DNA from: Batkoa obscura
Taxonomy: Eukaryota
Length of the DNA: 43,830 nt
Assembly: GCA_030770535.1 (NCBI GenBank)
Contig: JASVEC010000138.1
Span: 1 to 43,830 of the forward strand
Direction of reading: 5' to 3'
Shown one piece after another: positions 11,920 to 25,942 of this stretch; the first letter of the stretch is position 1; each line of letters starts with the position of its first letter. The notes under the pieces are model-generated. The model saw nothing but the letters and a program-made list of their open reading frames with translations. It ran no database searches and was not told the DNA's origin. The position numbers and the translations under genes are program-made.

Positions 11920-12013
11920 GAGGGTATTTTTTTGGTTTCACCACTTTTTCCATTTTTTAAGCGCTGTTTAAGTGGAAAGGCTACCAGTAAAATTCTTAAA
12001 CAAATACATACTC
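11920..12013 (-). mobile_element. MITE family A copy
   Basis: GAGGGTATTTTT...AATACATACTC, ATAT TSD. Confidence 0.9.
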
Positions 12014-15000
12014 ATATGTATTTCAGATACAAAGTAACTTTTTTATAAATAATAGCGATTTATTATTCATCATTTTATAAAATTAGTAGTGATTTATTAG
12101 TTACTATTTTTACTATATAAATAAGTGATCTAGTGGTATATTATTTCAATAATTTTTTAATCAAATAATAACAAAAATTATAAACAAAACATAATTTAAT
12201 TATAATAAAGATAAAATAATAATTTACAACTATTAAAAACAGAAAAGAAATCAATTTTTATGTTTATATAAACAGTTTTACCAATTTTTTTAAATTTCAT
12301 GTTACCTAAAAAGTGGGCAAAAAAATAGGGCGAAAAAAGACAACCTTATTTGTGTCTTGATGAATTTGCTTTATATGGCAAATTACTATAAAAATTATGA
12401 TAAGAACATTATGTTATTATATCCAATGTAGATTAACTATTAAAACCCATCTTAGCTTTTTAGCTACTGTTATCTTAAAAGACTAAAATCTATATACCCC
12501 GCTTATTGATCTGTTATTATACTTCGTATGATTAAACTATATGACTATTATTATAAATAGTAACAATAATAATAATAATTTTAAAAGTGACAACTAAAAT
12601 GTATAAATTTTGAATGCTAGATACTAATTTTTTATGTAAATTACAACCTTTTACTATAAAAGTAAGCTCTTATACTCTGTCTCTGAAGTTTATTCACACT
12701 TTTCTTTAATAGCATTGCTTAAAAATGAGTAAAAAATTACATGATATCCTACCCTCTATTTATAAATGGATAGGTTTAGATAGGTTAGAATTCAAATATT
12801 CTTTTATAGTTTTAATTTCGGTTTAAGCTTGTAAAATTTGTAGACTAAATGAGTTAAGAAATAAAGAGTAAGTGGGTGAGTATTCTTACTTTATTATTTT
12901 TTCCATTTTCAGACTAATTTTAGAGCTATATGCCTAAAACACCATTTATTAAAAATCCAATTCTAAGTAGTTTAAACTTGAAAAAATTTAACTTGATTTT
13001 TCTAATAAAAAAGTATATGCTTTACTTTCTTAGTATTGATACTTAATTTGACTCTTTTACAATAAGTCAATATCGGGAAAATGTTGACCCTTGGGTTTAA
13101 ATTAACCGAAGTATTAGTAGTATGCACTTGATGTTATAGTTACAAGTATTACCAACTTTCTACATGATGTTGAAAGCCCCATTCAAAATTATTCATCAAT
13201 CTATTTCAATTTGTTTTAATTTAATTTAATGTAGCTTTTTTTAAACTCTAATGTGACCTTTTAACATTAACTTTTACAGCTAAGTAATTTGTACAGCCAG
13301 TATTTTTAAAGTACGATTAGTTATATTTTACTAATATTATAGCTTAAATTTTATTGTTAAATAAACAGTTAAGTAGGTCGCAAAAGAGTTAAATTAGAGT
13401 TATAAATACACCTATTTAGAAGAGTCCAAGATTTTTAAAAAATTACAATGATATCAAGAATTGAAGAAATCTATTAAATTATTTTTAATAATAAATGTAT
13501 AGTGGTTCATGTTCTTGATTTATAATAAATATTAAAAGATAAACTGGAAGCTTATTAACTTTTTCATAAGTTTAATAAGGTAAGTATAACTAAATAAATA
13601 TAAGATATCAAAGCTCATTCATAGCATTAAAGAATTTTATAAAAATAGATTAGGTTTTGATTGTTAATACTTTACGGTGTAAATTAAACCATTAAAAAAT
13701 ATATTTTGAGCAGAATAATCTCATATTTTCAAGTCATTGGTATTTTATTAAATTATACTCGGAATAGAGAAGCTGTTTTTAGAAGTACCACCTCCCTATT
13801 TAATTTTATAGTTTAGTTTTTTAATAAAATATGATAACTTGCTGTTAAAGCATTTTATGATATCTTTTTTTAGTAAAAAAACTTTTTTATACACAATATA
13901 AATGAAAATAAGCGTACTTGACTTTTTATATACTATTAACTTTGAAATATTACATAATATTTAAAAAATAATTCAAACTTAATTAAGGTAAAGGGGTAGA
14001 CATAAGTCTAATATGGAAATTAATATAAAAGATAATAGCTGATATTAGATCAAAGTAAACTATGTACATTAATTATAAGATCATTTAATAGAAAGGATCG
14101 CATTACAACTGTTAATACTAACAAAACAACAAAAATATAAGGTTCAACAAACAATAAGCCAATGTAGATATTTACTATAAACAGTAGTTTAGATTAATAA
14201 AAATAGAGTCAATAAATGTAATAAATAACAAATAACTGTTTATAGCTTATTCTTCATATGTTTCATATTAAATTTACTATCTTTATTTTAATAAATGCAT
14301 AGTTCAACTTCATGCTATGAAATCAACCTCTTTTTCTCTAGCTTTTTTTCGTATTAAATCCAATCCTAAAAAGCAAATCAAAATTTCATGTCATTCAATT
14401 TTTATTATTCAATTTGCGATACTTTAATCTTTTTTATTTGAGTGATGGTTACTATTTATGAATATCAAAGTTACATCTGTTATTATTATTTTAAATAAAT
14501 TAATCTATTAATTAATTTATACTCTTATATTACATTAAGTCTTATATTGATAATGCCACAGCTATCTATTTCTAATTATACATGTATATAATAAAAAATA
14601 AAACTAATATTTAACAATGACATAATGCCCAACAGTAAGGTCGGATCAATACTTAAAACAGACAACCTAAACAAAAATTTCATTTTATATTCTATAACCA
14701 CCCAAAAGTTTAGTTTAAGTTTTTTTATCTACCAAAATTATTTAATGCCAAGCTTTTTAAAGCTCTCCTAACGTAAAATATTTTTCATATTCTATTGGTT
14801 GAAACTATCGGTTTATTTTCACTTTAAAATCTAATTTTACTCTCATTCACTATACAACCTCCTCTATTCTTCTCCGAACCCTCCCCTGTTTTCTCCACCC
14901 TGTCCTTTGCTAAGCTTTTCATTTTATAATAATTTAGTTAATAAATCATTTACAATTAAATAACTAAAATTATATTAAAGTTCTATTTTTAGAGCTATAT

Positions 15001-15164
15001 ATTTTGTTTGTAAAAACTCAAATAATAGTGATTATAATAATGATAACTCCACAAAAACAAAATAAAATATGTAATTTTGAAAAAATATTAAGTTTTATTA
15101 GTAATAAAATACAACTAAAAAATTAAAAAGTTTTGAAACAACAAGGAGAAAAAGTTAGCTTTTT

Positions 15165-15893
15165 TTACAAATAGTTAAATGAAGGATTATCTGTAGGTGG
15201 TAAAACATAAGGAGTAAATGAAGTGAATCCACGAGACATTAATTTTTCTTCATTGCTACGATGGATTCTAGAGTGTTGATTTAAATTATCGGATCTTGCA
15301 AATTTCTTGTTGCAACCAGCAACTTGACAAACAAAAGGCCTTTCATTTGTATGAATGGACTTAACGTGTCTTTTTAAATGTTCGCTCCTTTTAAATACTT
15401 TATTACAGCCTTCTTCTTCGCATACAAATAGCTTAACTGGTTCACAATTGCTTAATTTTCTCAATGAAGTTTTACGACGAGTAGTTTTTTTTGGTTTATT
15501 TTCTAAACGCTGATATTCTTCTGTTGTTCCTGGAGTAGAATAACGTCTTGCTAAATTTTCACTTGGAAATAATTCATAAGTAGGGGAAGTCAAAGAAGAT
15601 TGGAAAAAAATCAAACTTGGGTCCACATCAAATGGACTTGTCAATGGTGAGATATAATTAGACATATCCATATAGTTACCATTGTTATTATACATCTCGG
15701 GTATTGAGATACTCATGTTCATCATGTTTTTATTAATCATCATAGGTGATTCTTGTGGCGTTGCCTCTTGTATTGTAATAGAAGTATCGATGCTCATTGA
15801 TGGGAAGAAGCAGTTAGCAGGAGATAATATGCTTTCATTAATAAATTCGTTGCTGTTCAAATAATCAAAATAAGAAGATGAAGGTACATTCAT
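15165..15893 (-). CDS. C2H2 zinc-finger transcription factor, Msn2/Seb1-like (two fingers)
   Basis: Intronless 242-aa ORF with [56 protein letters not shown]. The [13 protein letters not shown] helices are those of the STRE-binding class. It also has an S/P/M-rich N-terminus and a basic NLS-like KPKKTTRRK. Confidence 0.9.
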   Translation of the reverse strand: MNVPSSSYFDYLNSNEFINESILSPANCFFPSMSIDTSITIQEATPQESPMMINKNMMNMSISIPEMYNNNGNYMDMSNYISPLTSPFDVDPSLIFFQSSLTSPTYELFPSENLARRYSTPGTTEEYQRLENKPKKTTRRKTSLRKLSNCEPVKLFVCEEEGCNKVFKRSEHLKRHVKSIHTNERPFVCQVAGCNKKFARSDNLNQHSRIHRSNEEKLMSRGFTSFTPYVLPPTDNPSFNYL

Positions 15894-18800
15894 AATTGAA
15901 ATTATACTAGATAATATAAATAAATAAATAAGTTATTTTTTAATTCAAATTGATTTAATTTAATGGAGTATTTATATTTTTTTTATTTTCATGATTTTTA
16001 TATGACCTCTAACAATGATCAACAAAGTTTTACTTTTGGGTTAAATAATTGAATAGTAAGAGTAAGCATTTATTACTAAAATGAGCTAAAATTTATAACA
16101 ATCTCAAAAAGACTAGAATGATTGGCTGCTAATAAATAAAAAAGATAAACTGAAATCATGAACCATAAACTATTTCAATGTGTTGAAAAGTCGATGCATA
16201 TAAAATTTAAACATCTAGAATCAAGTTTTGGTAAATAATCAAGATGCCTAGTTTGTAAATTTATAAGAAATATGGGAAAGGGAGGTTGCCAATTATAGTA
16301 CCACCACACTTAAAATTACAAGTTAATTTCTATTTTTATTTTATTATTTTACATTAATTATTACCCCATTTTTGATAAACACACCGATTAAGTTTCAATC
16401 TAAAACGTGATGGTACTATTGAGTATTTTACCACTTTGTTAACTTAGCTATGCCCTATTTAATAATATAAATTATATTAAAATACTATTATTTAATATAA
16501 ATATATTTATAAAGAAATTACTATTTTTGTTTGTTTTCATATATTAAAAGAATAAAAGAATGTTTTTTCGTTTAATCAGTTAGGGATAATGATTTTTATC
16601 ATTAAAGGTACAGTTACCAATAATTGTAATTTACAAAATTAAATTCCCTTTTAACTACTTATTAATAACAGGAATCCACTTTTTATAAAATATGATTTAT
16701 AAAACAAAGTGCTATTTTCAAAATAAATATAAAACTAGTTTAGGTATCATTGTATGTATCAATGTATACTAACACTATAGTAATATATTTATTATTATTT
16801 TCAATCTAGAACTAAATTATAAGATTATTTGATGAAACCAAAATATAAATGCTGTTAATATCAACAACTTGAAAATATATGCGATGAATACATAAAATAA
16901 ACCACTTAATACAACGCTAATACTATGTAAGCATAATAAATAAAGTAGTTAAAATAAGAGTAAGAATGGCCATTTTGTTTTGAGCATAATTGAAAGGATT
17001 AAAAATAACTGATATAATGAAATGTATTATATTAATAAATTTATTTTGTTAGTAACTATATTTATCTGCTTAAATTTCTTTACCCCTCAATTTAATATTA
17101 TCATTTAAATGTTGCATTATTAACAAGCTATTGAGTAAACAAAATATTAAACTTCCCTTTTTCTCCTGTTCTAGTACCACTTATCAACAAAAAACCTGGA
17201 ATCTTTTTGCCTCATTTATTATATAATGATATGCCAATTAATACCACCTTATCCATTCATGCTGTTTTTTATTTTTGATCATCGCCCATTTATTTGATTC
17301 TTTTTCATTGAGTCTTGGCTTTTTTAATAAGAGCAATAGTTTAAGTTTATTAGCTTAATATGTGTTACTATTGTTAGTAAATTATTATTGATATATGATA
17401 TAGTCAATATAAACTATAACTAGAGTATGATTAATAAGTTAAAATAACATCATTTTATTAAATCTGTGTGGAAATCAAAAATAAATAATTATGATAATGT
17501 ATAATAAATTATGTTGTGGGGTATTTTAAATAATAATCATTTGTTTTTGTTATCTTTCTAACTTTTGTATTCTATTAATAAGACTCATATTAAATAATAA
17601 ATTTGAATTTTTATAAAGGGCGTTTCTAAAGTAATATCTCTTTACAACAAATTCTCATTCCGGGTATATACAATTGCAACAGTCAATTTTTTTTGCATCA
17701 AAAATACTTTGTTTTTAGACATCAAAAATATTTGCTCTTGCAACCAATGGTCTTCTACTATTTTTTCCAAAAGAAAGAGGTTACTTCAGAAATCCCTTTA
17801 TAGCTTCTTAATGCCCAGTTTCAATCATGTTTACTTAAATTTTCCTTACTTATAACCACATGCATTGAATGCGTTTGACCCTTTTTTAAGGCTTGAGAGT
17901 AAGTCCTTTATTTGGACCAATTATTTTTTTATACTTGCATTGTTATTGAGTAGATTTTACCATAATTTATTATAAAATGTAAATGATCGTGTTTTGATCT
18001 AAAATTTATAACACATGTCCTTGTTTATAAATATATGTCACAGTATCACAATTTAACGCAAATGCACCTTACAAAGCCACGCTAGTTGAAATATATTGTT
18101 TAATCAAGGGTTTAAAATAGCCTCATTATTTTTGAATTTTTACTTGTTTTTTAAATATTGATATAGTATAGGCAAACTAATGTTTTTCGAGAAAATGTTT
18201 TTTGGATTAGAGTATTAATTTGTGATACTTCATAGTTTCAAAATAAACTGAAAAGAATGCTAAAGGCTCAAATTAAAAAGATACTATTTAAACCATTTAT
18301 TCTATTTATTAGTCACTTAAGACTTTCGAAACAATAAGGAAACCACTAAATAAGATAACTATGGTTTATAATCGTATTGTTCCATCTATTTAGAGTTAGA
18401 TATTTGTTGAAGTTAATCAAACTATTGGCTTAATTTAAAGTATTGATGTCATACCTAAAGCAAAAAAAGTTAGCTTAATTTAGTTTTGAAACTACTTTTA
18501 TTAATTAATGCTTCAATTGAATATTTTTTTCCCCCTACAAAAACATTAACTCAATATAAAACAATATTAAGGGTGAGAAATATATATCAATTAACAAATA
18601 AACGGTTAGATAGTCGATTTTTCATATTACAAAAGCAAAACAAAGTTAGAGATAAACAACAGACTTAATAGTAGATTAACTAAAAAACATTAAATTAATT
18701 TTTGGAGTTTTATTAAATTCAATTCAAAATTTATGTTAAATAGCACTTCAATTATTTTTTTATAAATCAAACTAAAAACTGAAAGCTTCTGTCTAATTAG

Positions 18801-20604
18801 AGTGATGTCATTTTCATTTTTCATTAAAACCCTAATTTGACAATGGATAAAATATAAAATTTTAAAGACAAATCAACGAATAAAAAAATAAAATATTAAA
18901 AGAAAGAGGATTAGTTTTACAAAAAGTAAGAAATGATCGGGAATAAACTAATAAAATCAAGTAAAGATGATAGGAACTTTAGTAAATCACCAAAACTGCA
19001 TAAATTAAAAATTCATAAATAGTTAGCAGCATTAAATCAATGCCCCATTTACTGAATGGAATCTGATACTTGTCGTTATGCATAATAATAAAGCAACAAT
19101 TAAGGACTGTTAATTTAATTCAAATAACAGAGGGGGTTCCTAAATTTGGTAGCAGCCCGAAATTAACATTTTTGAAAATTAATAGAACAAAATTAATGTT
19201 TTTCAAATTAGAAAAAAAGGGTAAACTTATTCAAGAAAATATGTTGAATCCTATATCATGCTATTTATACAAATATAGATTTTTTCTAATCTTTGAATTT
19301 TATCATGTACTATTAATTAATTAATATTATTATTAAAACATTTTAACTCAGTGTACTTTACGGTTTTGAATTAAATTTATAACACCCTTTAATGTATCTT
19401 TATCCATACCCGGACATTTACATTTATGATACTCTAAAAAAAACTTAACCAATTTTATTATATGGAGTAACTGGTTTTAATAATAAATCTGCTTTAAAGA
19501 ACCCAACATTTGAAAAATGCTATTAAACATATATTGGAGCTGCTAAATGAATAATGTTAATTTATTTTAAATATCTGAAAAATCAAGATAGAGTTATTTG
19601 TAGAAGAATTATATTCTAAAATAACAATTGGGGTAGAAAAAATACTATATGAAAATTATAAATTAATTATAAACAATAATTAAAATATCCTGTCTGGAGT
19701 CAAAGTTTTATTTGAAATAATAAGTTTAGAGAAAAGGCTTCATCTTTGCCTAGATATAAAAGGGAACATTGAAACGTGCCCCGATTCTGTTTACTTGGAA
19801 AACTGATAAAACACAATTTAAATGAATGGTTGTATGAAAAGCTATAGCATCGATAACTACCATCAAACAACCTTAATAAAATCAATGTTGCTTATTTTAT
19901 AACACCCAAAAACAACGGGGAATATGCACAAGGATTTTAATATAAAATGTAATGAGGTGCTTTAAAAATTAAAATTTATTTATTTATTTAAAGGCCTTCT
20001 TTTTATCTGATAATTTCCATACAACTCAACTATACATAAGAAGCTTGTCTAGATTAAAATCCAAAAACACCCTATGATTACTAGTATTGAAAATAAAAAA
20101 TTTAAGTTTTCGGAAGTAAAATGTACTGTAATTGGCTAAGAGTATAGTCCTTATTTTAAAAATTATTTTCACGTTTAAGTTGAGGTTATAAATTCTAGAG
20201 CAAGAATATTAATATAAAAAATATAACTTAATAAGGAGCTTATCTTATTTCAGCTTTAAGAGTTTCTGAAGTTTAAACCAATTATATTCATCATTTATAA
20301 AATAACTCATTCAGTTATAACTAATTGCCTAAAAGGAGTAGGGAAATGAAACAAAAAAACTTCAAAATCGCTATTCCTAGGCTTACGTAACCTATTTTTG
20401 TTCATTTCTTATCTATTTTGTCTAATATCTTGCGCTATTTGGTTTATTTTGCATAGAGGTTAGTTTATACATTTGGTATATTTATTTTATTAGCCTTAGC
20501 ATATTGGAGGTTTTGAAAATTAGGATAAATAATAAATAATCGTTTTGTGCATAATTTGTAAACTCACAAAGTTTTGCAAACTTAGACCTAGATCAAACTT
20601 AAAT

Positions 20605-20703
20605 GAGGATGATTTTTTTGGTTTCATTACTTTTTCTATTTTTTAAACGCTATTTGAGTGGAAAAATTGTTAATAAAATTGTTAAACATGAAAGTACATC
20701 CCC
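20605..20703 (-). mobile_element. MITE family A copy
   Basis: GAGGATGATTTTT...GTACATCCCC, AAAT TSD. Confidence 0.93.
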
Positions 20704-20951
20704 AAATTTTGGTTTACAATCTTAGCCAGGTTCTTAAACCCCACATATAGTTTATTTAATAAAATGTTTGGATACTTTAAGTTTATTTAATACAATCAAT
20801 AAAAAGTTAAAAATAGGCTTTAGGCACTGATAAAAGTGCTACTTCATTTACATTAAATAGTTGCTAAATACCATTCAAACGTCTATATAATATTTTTGAA
20901 AAAATTCCGTATCATACCCATTTACTTAAAACTATAGTCATTACAGTATAT

Positions 20952-21049
20952 AGGGACGTATTTTTGTGTTTAAGAATTTTACTAATAATTTTCCCACTCA
21001 AATGACGCTTAAAAATAGAAAAATTAATGAAGCCAAAAAAAGCACCCCC
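20952..21049 (+). mobile_element. MITE family A copy
   Basis: AGGGACGTATTTTT...AAAGCACCCCC, ATAT TSD. Confidence 0.93.
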
Positions 21050-22615
21050 ATATACTTAATAAATATACAGCTCATTTATGAAACCGGTTATCAATAAAAT
21101 AATGTTTGCTTTCACAACCATTAAATTATAACTATCCCTACAATTGTGCAAACGCTACATGATACAGTGCTGATAATTTATAAAGGCTTTGCATGTATTT
21201 TATTATCTTTTTAGCTAAAAATAAAAAGATGATAATGGTTCCAAAAGTAACTTTTAATCTAGCTGTAGTTTATTTTATAAATTACATGCCTGGGTACTAC
21301 TTGTTAAAATACCAAAGCCAAGGCAAAAAATTAAAAAAAACATCAGACTATTTTATTGCAGGTAGTAGAAGGACCAAAGAGATCCACTCTTCAAGATATA
21401 AAAGCCTATTTTAAATTGTTTTAATCTGAAAAAAAGAAAAGAAGATGCTTAACTAAGAATCCACACTTGGAGATACACACTAGAGTAGAAGTAGGGTCTA
21501 ATTGGAACCCGAATGGTAATTTACAATATTGACGGTGGATAGCCTAAATGTGTGAAACAGTAGCTATTGGTAAGGAAGAAGTGGAAAATTTTTTCAAGAG
21601 AAGTGGACTATAATTTTTTTCCATTGAACTTTATTTTGTCTAAAGACGATATTTTACTGTTGCAATCATACACTTTTACCATTTGGTTTTGCTTAAAATA
21701 AGCAAAAAGATATATGAAAAGATTTAATGATTTTTAAGATCCTTAATGAACAATTTAATTTAAAATATTTAAAGTATCAACGTTATTTAGTAAATTTTAA
21801 AGTGTATTAGTATATGTAGTAAAATTACAATTTACTAATAAGGCACTATTAAATAACTATCAAAATGTATCTATAATTTAGATATATAAGTTTAATTGAG
21901 AAAAAGTTAAATCCTATAATATCTAACTAGTTTCTAAGTCGCTTTGTTACTCTAAAAACATTATCTTACTACAGCTTGTCTTAGCACCTTAAACGTCTCT
22001 ACAAAAAAAGCAAAAAGTTAAGTTTATATTGAGAGTAATAAAGAATTCGTTTATTCATAATATTTTTAATTACCTATTATTTAAATTTCTAATTTTGGCT
22101 TTTAAATTTATGTCAAAACTGAGAATCTGACCATCTTTAAACTCAGCATGATATTAAAGCTATTCCTTTAAATTCCTTATCCTTAAAGACAACATCTTGA
22201 GTTATAAAAATGCTTTAAATATTACTTTTTTTTCGTAGCAATAGCTTTATTAGGATAATTTGACAACGTGATACTTTAAATTTTGTTCAAATGCACTAAA
22301 ATTTAAGACTCATTCAAAAATGATTCAACTTCAAGTGGTGATCAATATTTCTAAAAGTGATTTGAAATTTAATTTAAATGCTTTTCGTAAGGATTTTCAG
22401 CTAATTCGATTATTTGATTCGTATTTAATTTTACTATTAATTTCAAAGTTGAAATTTAATATCGATTCAGATAGACAAATTAAGTTACTACTATAAATGG
22501 GCGGTGACGACCAATTGATGTATCGAATACCGAAAACACTAATAGCAAAAACGACTTTATAGATGTATAGACTAAATAATATCAGCTATTCAACTTTGAA
22601 GTATACAATATTAAG

Positions 22616-23200
22616 ATGTAATTAAAATACTTATTCCCCTTTATGATTCCTTTCATTGCTTTTGGCGCTGGTATTGATCCACCTACTAGCGATACTACCC
22701 CAGCAGATTCTGTCCCAGTATAACCCAAAGAACCAATACAAGCGGTTTTAGAGAAATATATAAACTTAGAAAAAGAGAAAAAACCAAAATAGTGGAGTAG
22801 ATTAAATATAGAAATGTAAAGGAATAACAACTTCAGAACCAGGGATACCAGTTTTAAAACGCGACATTAATAGCAGTGACGATTTTTCTGGCTTACACGT
22901 AAGGCCAGTGATTGCCAAATTAATGTTATTGTTGCTCATGGTTCAACTAATTGTGCAATTCTAAATAAAGTAGATGATGAAATTAGTTTGATAGTAAACA
23001 GCAATGAAAATAAAAGAAAAGGTACGTTTACAGTAGATGTCTATGTAGCTGAGTTTAAACGAGTTATCAATAATGGATGGGAAACTGTCCCTAAAGTCTA
23101 ATTAAAAAGCAGAGTAGCATATCTCCCTTTAGGTTGTGGGGTCTATTGTATAAGTTCTACTGAGCTTGGCAAGATTAATGTTTCGATTTTAAAAAGTTAA
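22616..23200 (+). pseudogene. Pseudogene of the secreted four-Cys family, tandem duplicate of 24157-24765
   Basis: M*LKYLFPFMIPFIAFGAGIDPP...PADSVPV*P...KCKG..SEPGIPVL...AHGSTNC...ENKRKGTFTVDVY...KV*LKSRV..LPLGCGVYCISS. Premature stops and frameshifts. Flanks are also homologous. Confidence 0.9.
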
Positions 23201-24156
23201 GTTAGATATCATGTTATTTTTACTTAAGATTGAGATTTTAAAGATATAAATAAAATATAAAAGATTCAATTATTATTTGGCCTACTTAAAGTATAGAATA
23301 TTATAAAGTTAAGTAGATATTAAGCCTATAGAATCTGTAGATTTTTATTTTAGTGTTTTCACTGTTATAACGTTGGAATTAATCAAGTAGTGTCTACATT
23401 TAGACTATAAATTGACTATTTGTTATATCTCTACTACTTTTGACTCAGTTTGATAGCTTCTTTATGGTATTTCGCCCTTTGAAATTTTTAATGAATTGTT
23501 TTATTTCCTAAAACTTCTTAACTTTACTTCCGCTATAAGTAAAATAATCGCCTCATTTTTCAATCATTAATAATAAAACATTGAACACTTTTTGTTAGTT
23601 CAAAGAGCTGCTTAAAAAACCAAAAATAACGGTATACCGGAGAACGTTGTTTTGACTGACAAACTAATTAGTAATATTTTTTGATTGGAATTTACTTTAT
23701 TTGAAAATCAAACTTAATTTTACAAATTTACTTTTATATTCCAGATACACCCTTTTTGAAAATATTTAAAACACTAGGATTGAAGATTCACAAGCAAAAT
23801 TTGTAGTATTTTATTAAGCTTTTGTTAAATTTTTTGCTTACAAATTGCCAATCATTAGAGTTTATGCATTTTTCAAAAGGGTATAATTACTTTTACTACT
23901 TGCACCACAAAAAAAAGAATATTACTTTAAAAACCAATAAATTCATTTCCTTGATTTTCATTCAATTTTACTATATTAATTTAAAGTTGAAATTTATCAA
24001 TCTTAATTAATATAGGAATATTAAATTACTAACATAGATGAACAATGATAATCCATTAATATACCGAAAATCGACCATAATAAAGATAGCAAAATAGATA
24101 TATAAACACATAAAATATAGAATGTCAGTTATTTAACCTAAAAAATTATCAATAAC

Positions 24157-24765
24157 ATGCAATTAAAATATTTGTCCTTTTTTATGCTTCCTTTGATCGC
24201 CTTTGGCGCTGATATTGCTCCACCTGCTGATGCTGCAGCCCCTGCTGATGCTGCACAAGCGCAGCCTGTAGCTCCAGCAGATCCTGTTCCAGTACAACCC
24301 GCTCCAGAAGAAGCTCCCGAGACAGTAAAAGACGAAACGCCCAAAAAAATTGAACAAACTAAATGTAAAGGAGCTAAATCAGCAATAATTTCAGAACCAG
24401 GAATTGCAGTTTTAAGTAAAGATGTTAATATGAGTTTAGCAATTGCCAATCTCAAATGTAGTTCAGGAAAAGTAGTCACTGGGTCTATAACTGCTCATGG
24501 ACCAGCGTCCTGTTCAGTTCCAACTAGAATAGGAGGCAGTGTAACCTTAATGGTTGATGGAGTTGAAAATAAAGGAAATGGTACACTTTCAATTGATCTT
24601 TATTCATCTTCATTTAAGGGGATAATCAATAGTGGTCCTAATGCTGGTCAAAAAGTTGAATTAAAAGCCAGAGTAAGTGATCTTCTTTTAGGTCGTGGGG
24701 CTCAGTGTGTAAGTACTGCCGGGCTTAATAAGTTTAACCTTGTAATTAACTCACTTCAATTTTAA
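24157..24765 (+). CDS. Secreted protein (signal peptide, Pro/Ala linker, four-Cys beta-rich domain), intact
   Basis: 202-aa intronless ORF with a hydrophobic N-terminus ending AFG-A. Domain CKG..SEPGI..LKC..GPASC..GNGTLSI..FKGIINSGPNAG..QCVSTAG..LQF. Confidence 0.9.
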   Translation: MQLKYLSFFMLPLIAFGADIAPPADAAAPADAAQAQPVAPADPVPVQPAPEEAPETVKDETPKKIEQTKCKGAKSAIISEPGIAVLSKDVNMSLAIANLKCSSGKVVTGSITAHGPASCSVPTRIGGSVTLMVDGVENKGNGTLSIDLYSSSFKGIINSGPNAGQKVELKARVSDLLLGRGAQCVSTAGLNKFNLVINSLQF

Positions 24766-24869
24766 AAATTAAAAACCGTGTATTGTAATATTTTTACATA
24801 CAATCTTAGTTAAGAATATGAATAAAGTATACAAAATTCAATTAATTTTTTATTTAAAGTAAAGAATAT

Positions 24870-24977
24870 GGGAGTGTTTTTTTTTTAACTTCATTACTTT
24901 TTCCTTTTTTAAGCGCTATTTAAGCGGAAAATTTGTTAGTAGAGTTCTTAAATCCATAACATGGGGATGTATTTTTG
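24870..24977 (-). mobile_element. MITE family A copy with micro-inverted right end
   Basis: GGGAGTGTTTTT...GTTCTTAAA, then 24953-24977 is the reverse complement of the expected end (CAAAAATACATCCCC plus flank). Confidence 0.9.
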
Positions 24978-25942
24978 TTTAACTACACTTTAAACTTAAA
25001 GAATACTTTGATTTTTATTCTAACGTTTTACTGTTATAGTGTTACAATTAGTCAAACAATCTATATTTAAACTATAAGTTGATAGAATATTTCCAAATGG
25101 TGTTTTTTAGATATTTTTTATGAAAATATTCTACTTGGATAAGTTCTCAAAACTAAGTATATACTCAGCCAAAGTTGTCTTAATGTTTTGACTTTTTGTT
25201 TTCTTACAAAAACTCGAGTAATGTTAATAAAACTACTTGAAAAAATTATGGAGGTATATATATTTATAATATATTCAAAGAAAAATCAATAATGATATGA
25301 AAATTTTGTATAGAGCAACTAATTTCAAAGTCTCAATCTAAAATGGATTACTTTAAACTCAGTTTAACTTGATATTAAAATAAAATTTATTTGTTATATT
25401 ATGTATATAATATGATCAGTATAACTTTTTAAAAGTTATTGTTTAATATTTTTTATTTATATTAAGATACTTTTTATTGCTATTCAACGACAATTATTTT
25501 TATAATATATTAAACTATCTATGACCAAATAGTAAAAAATAGTTATTTAATATATATATTTTATCTAGAAGAAATTAGACTACACGATTTTATCTAACAA
25601 CTAACAAAAATATAAAATTCACATATCTTACGTTTACTTCAAGGCTATATTTATTTACCCTTTTGGATAAAGGAGACTTCGATTTAGGATATCACAATAA
25701 GGCGTAATTAAAGAAAAGTAGTAAGCTAATTTGAGTCGGAGTGCTTAAAAAAATTGTTCTAAAAATCAAGACTGAACTTTAGACAATTATTTCTTAATAA
25801 AAAGCAATCTAAGAAACTTCTTTTTTATCAACTATATTTAAAAATACTATATAAGCATATAAAATAGTAGCTTTATAAGTTTTATACTAGGTTAATTATA
25901 ATGCTTTAAACTAATATTAAAAGTAGGACAATTTCTAAAGAG

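Noticed and set aside
15165..15893. MITE G-rich termini as dispersed STRE sites for the Msn2-like factor
   Set aside because: Most termini read TGGGG or TGAGG rather than AGGGG, and nothing in the sequence links them to this factor.
17600..21700. Slightly GC-richer patches (17.6-18.1, 18.8-19.9 and 21.1-21.7 kb) as decayed genes
   Set aside because: Translations are heavily interrupted with no recognisable motif. They cannot be supported without a search.
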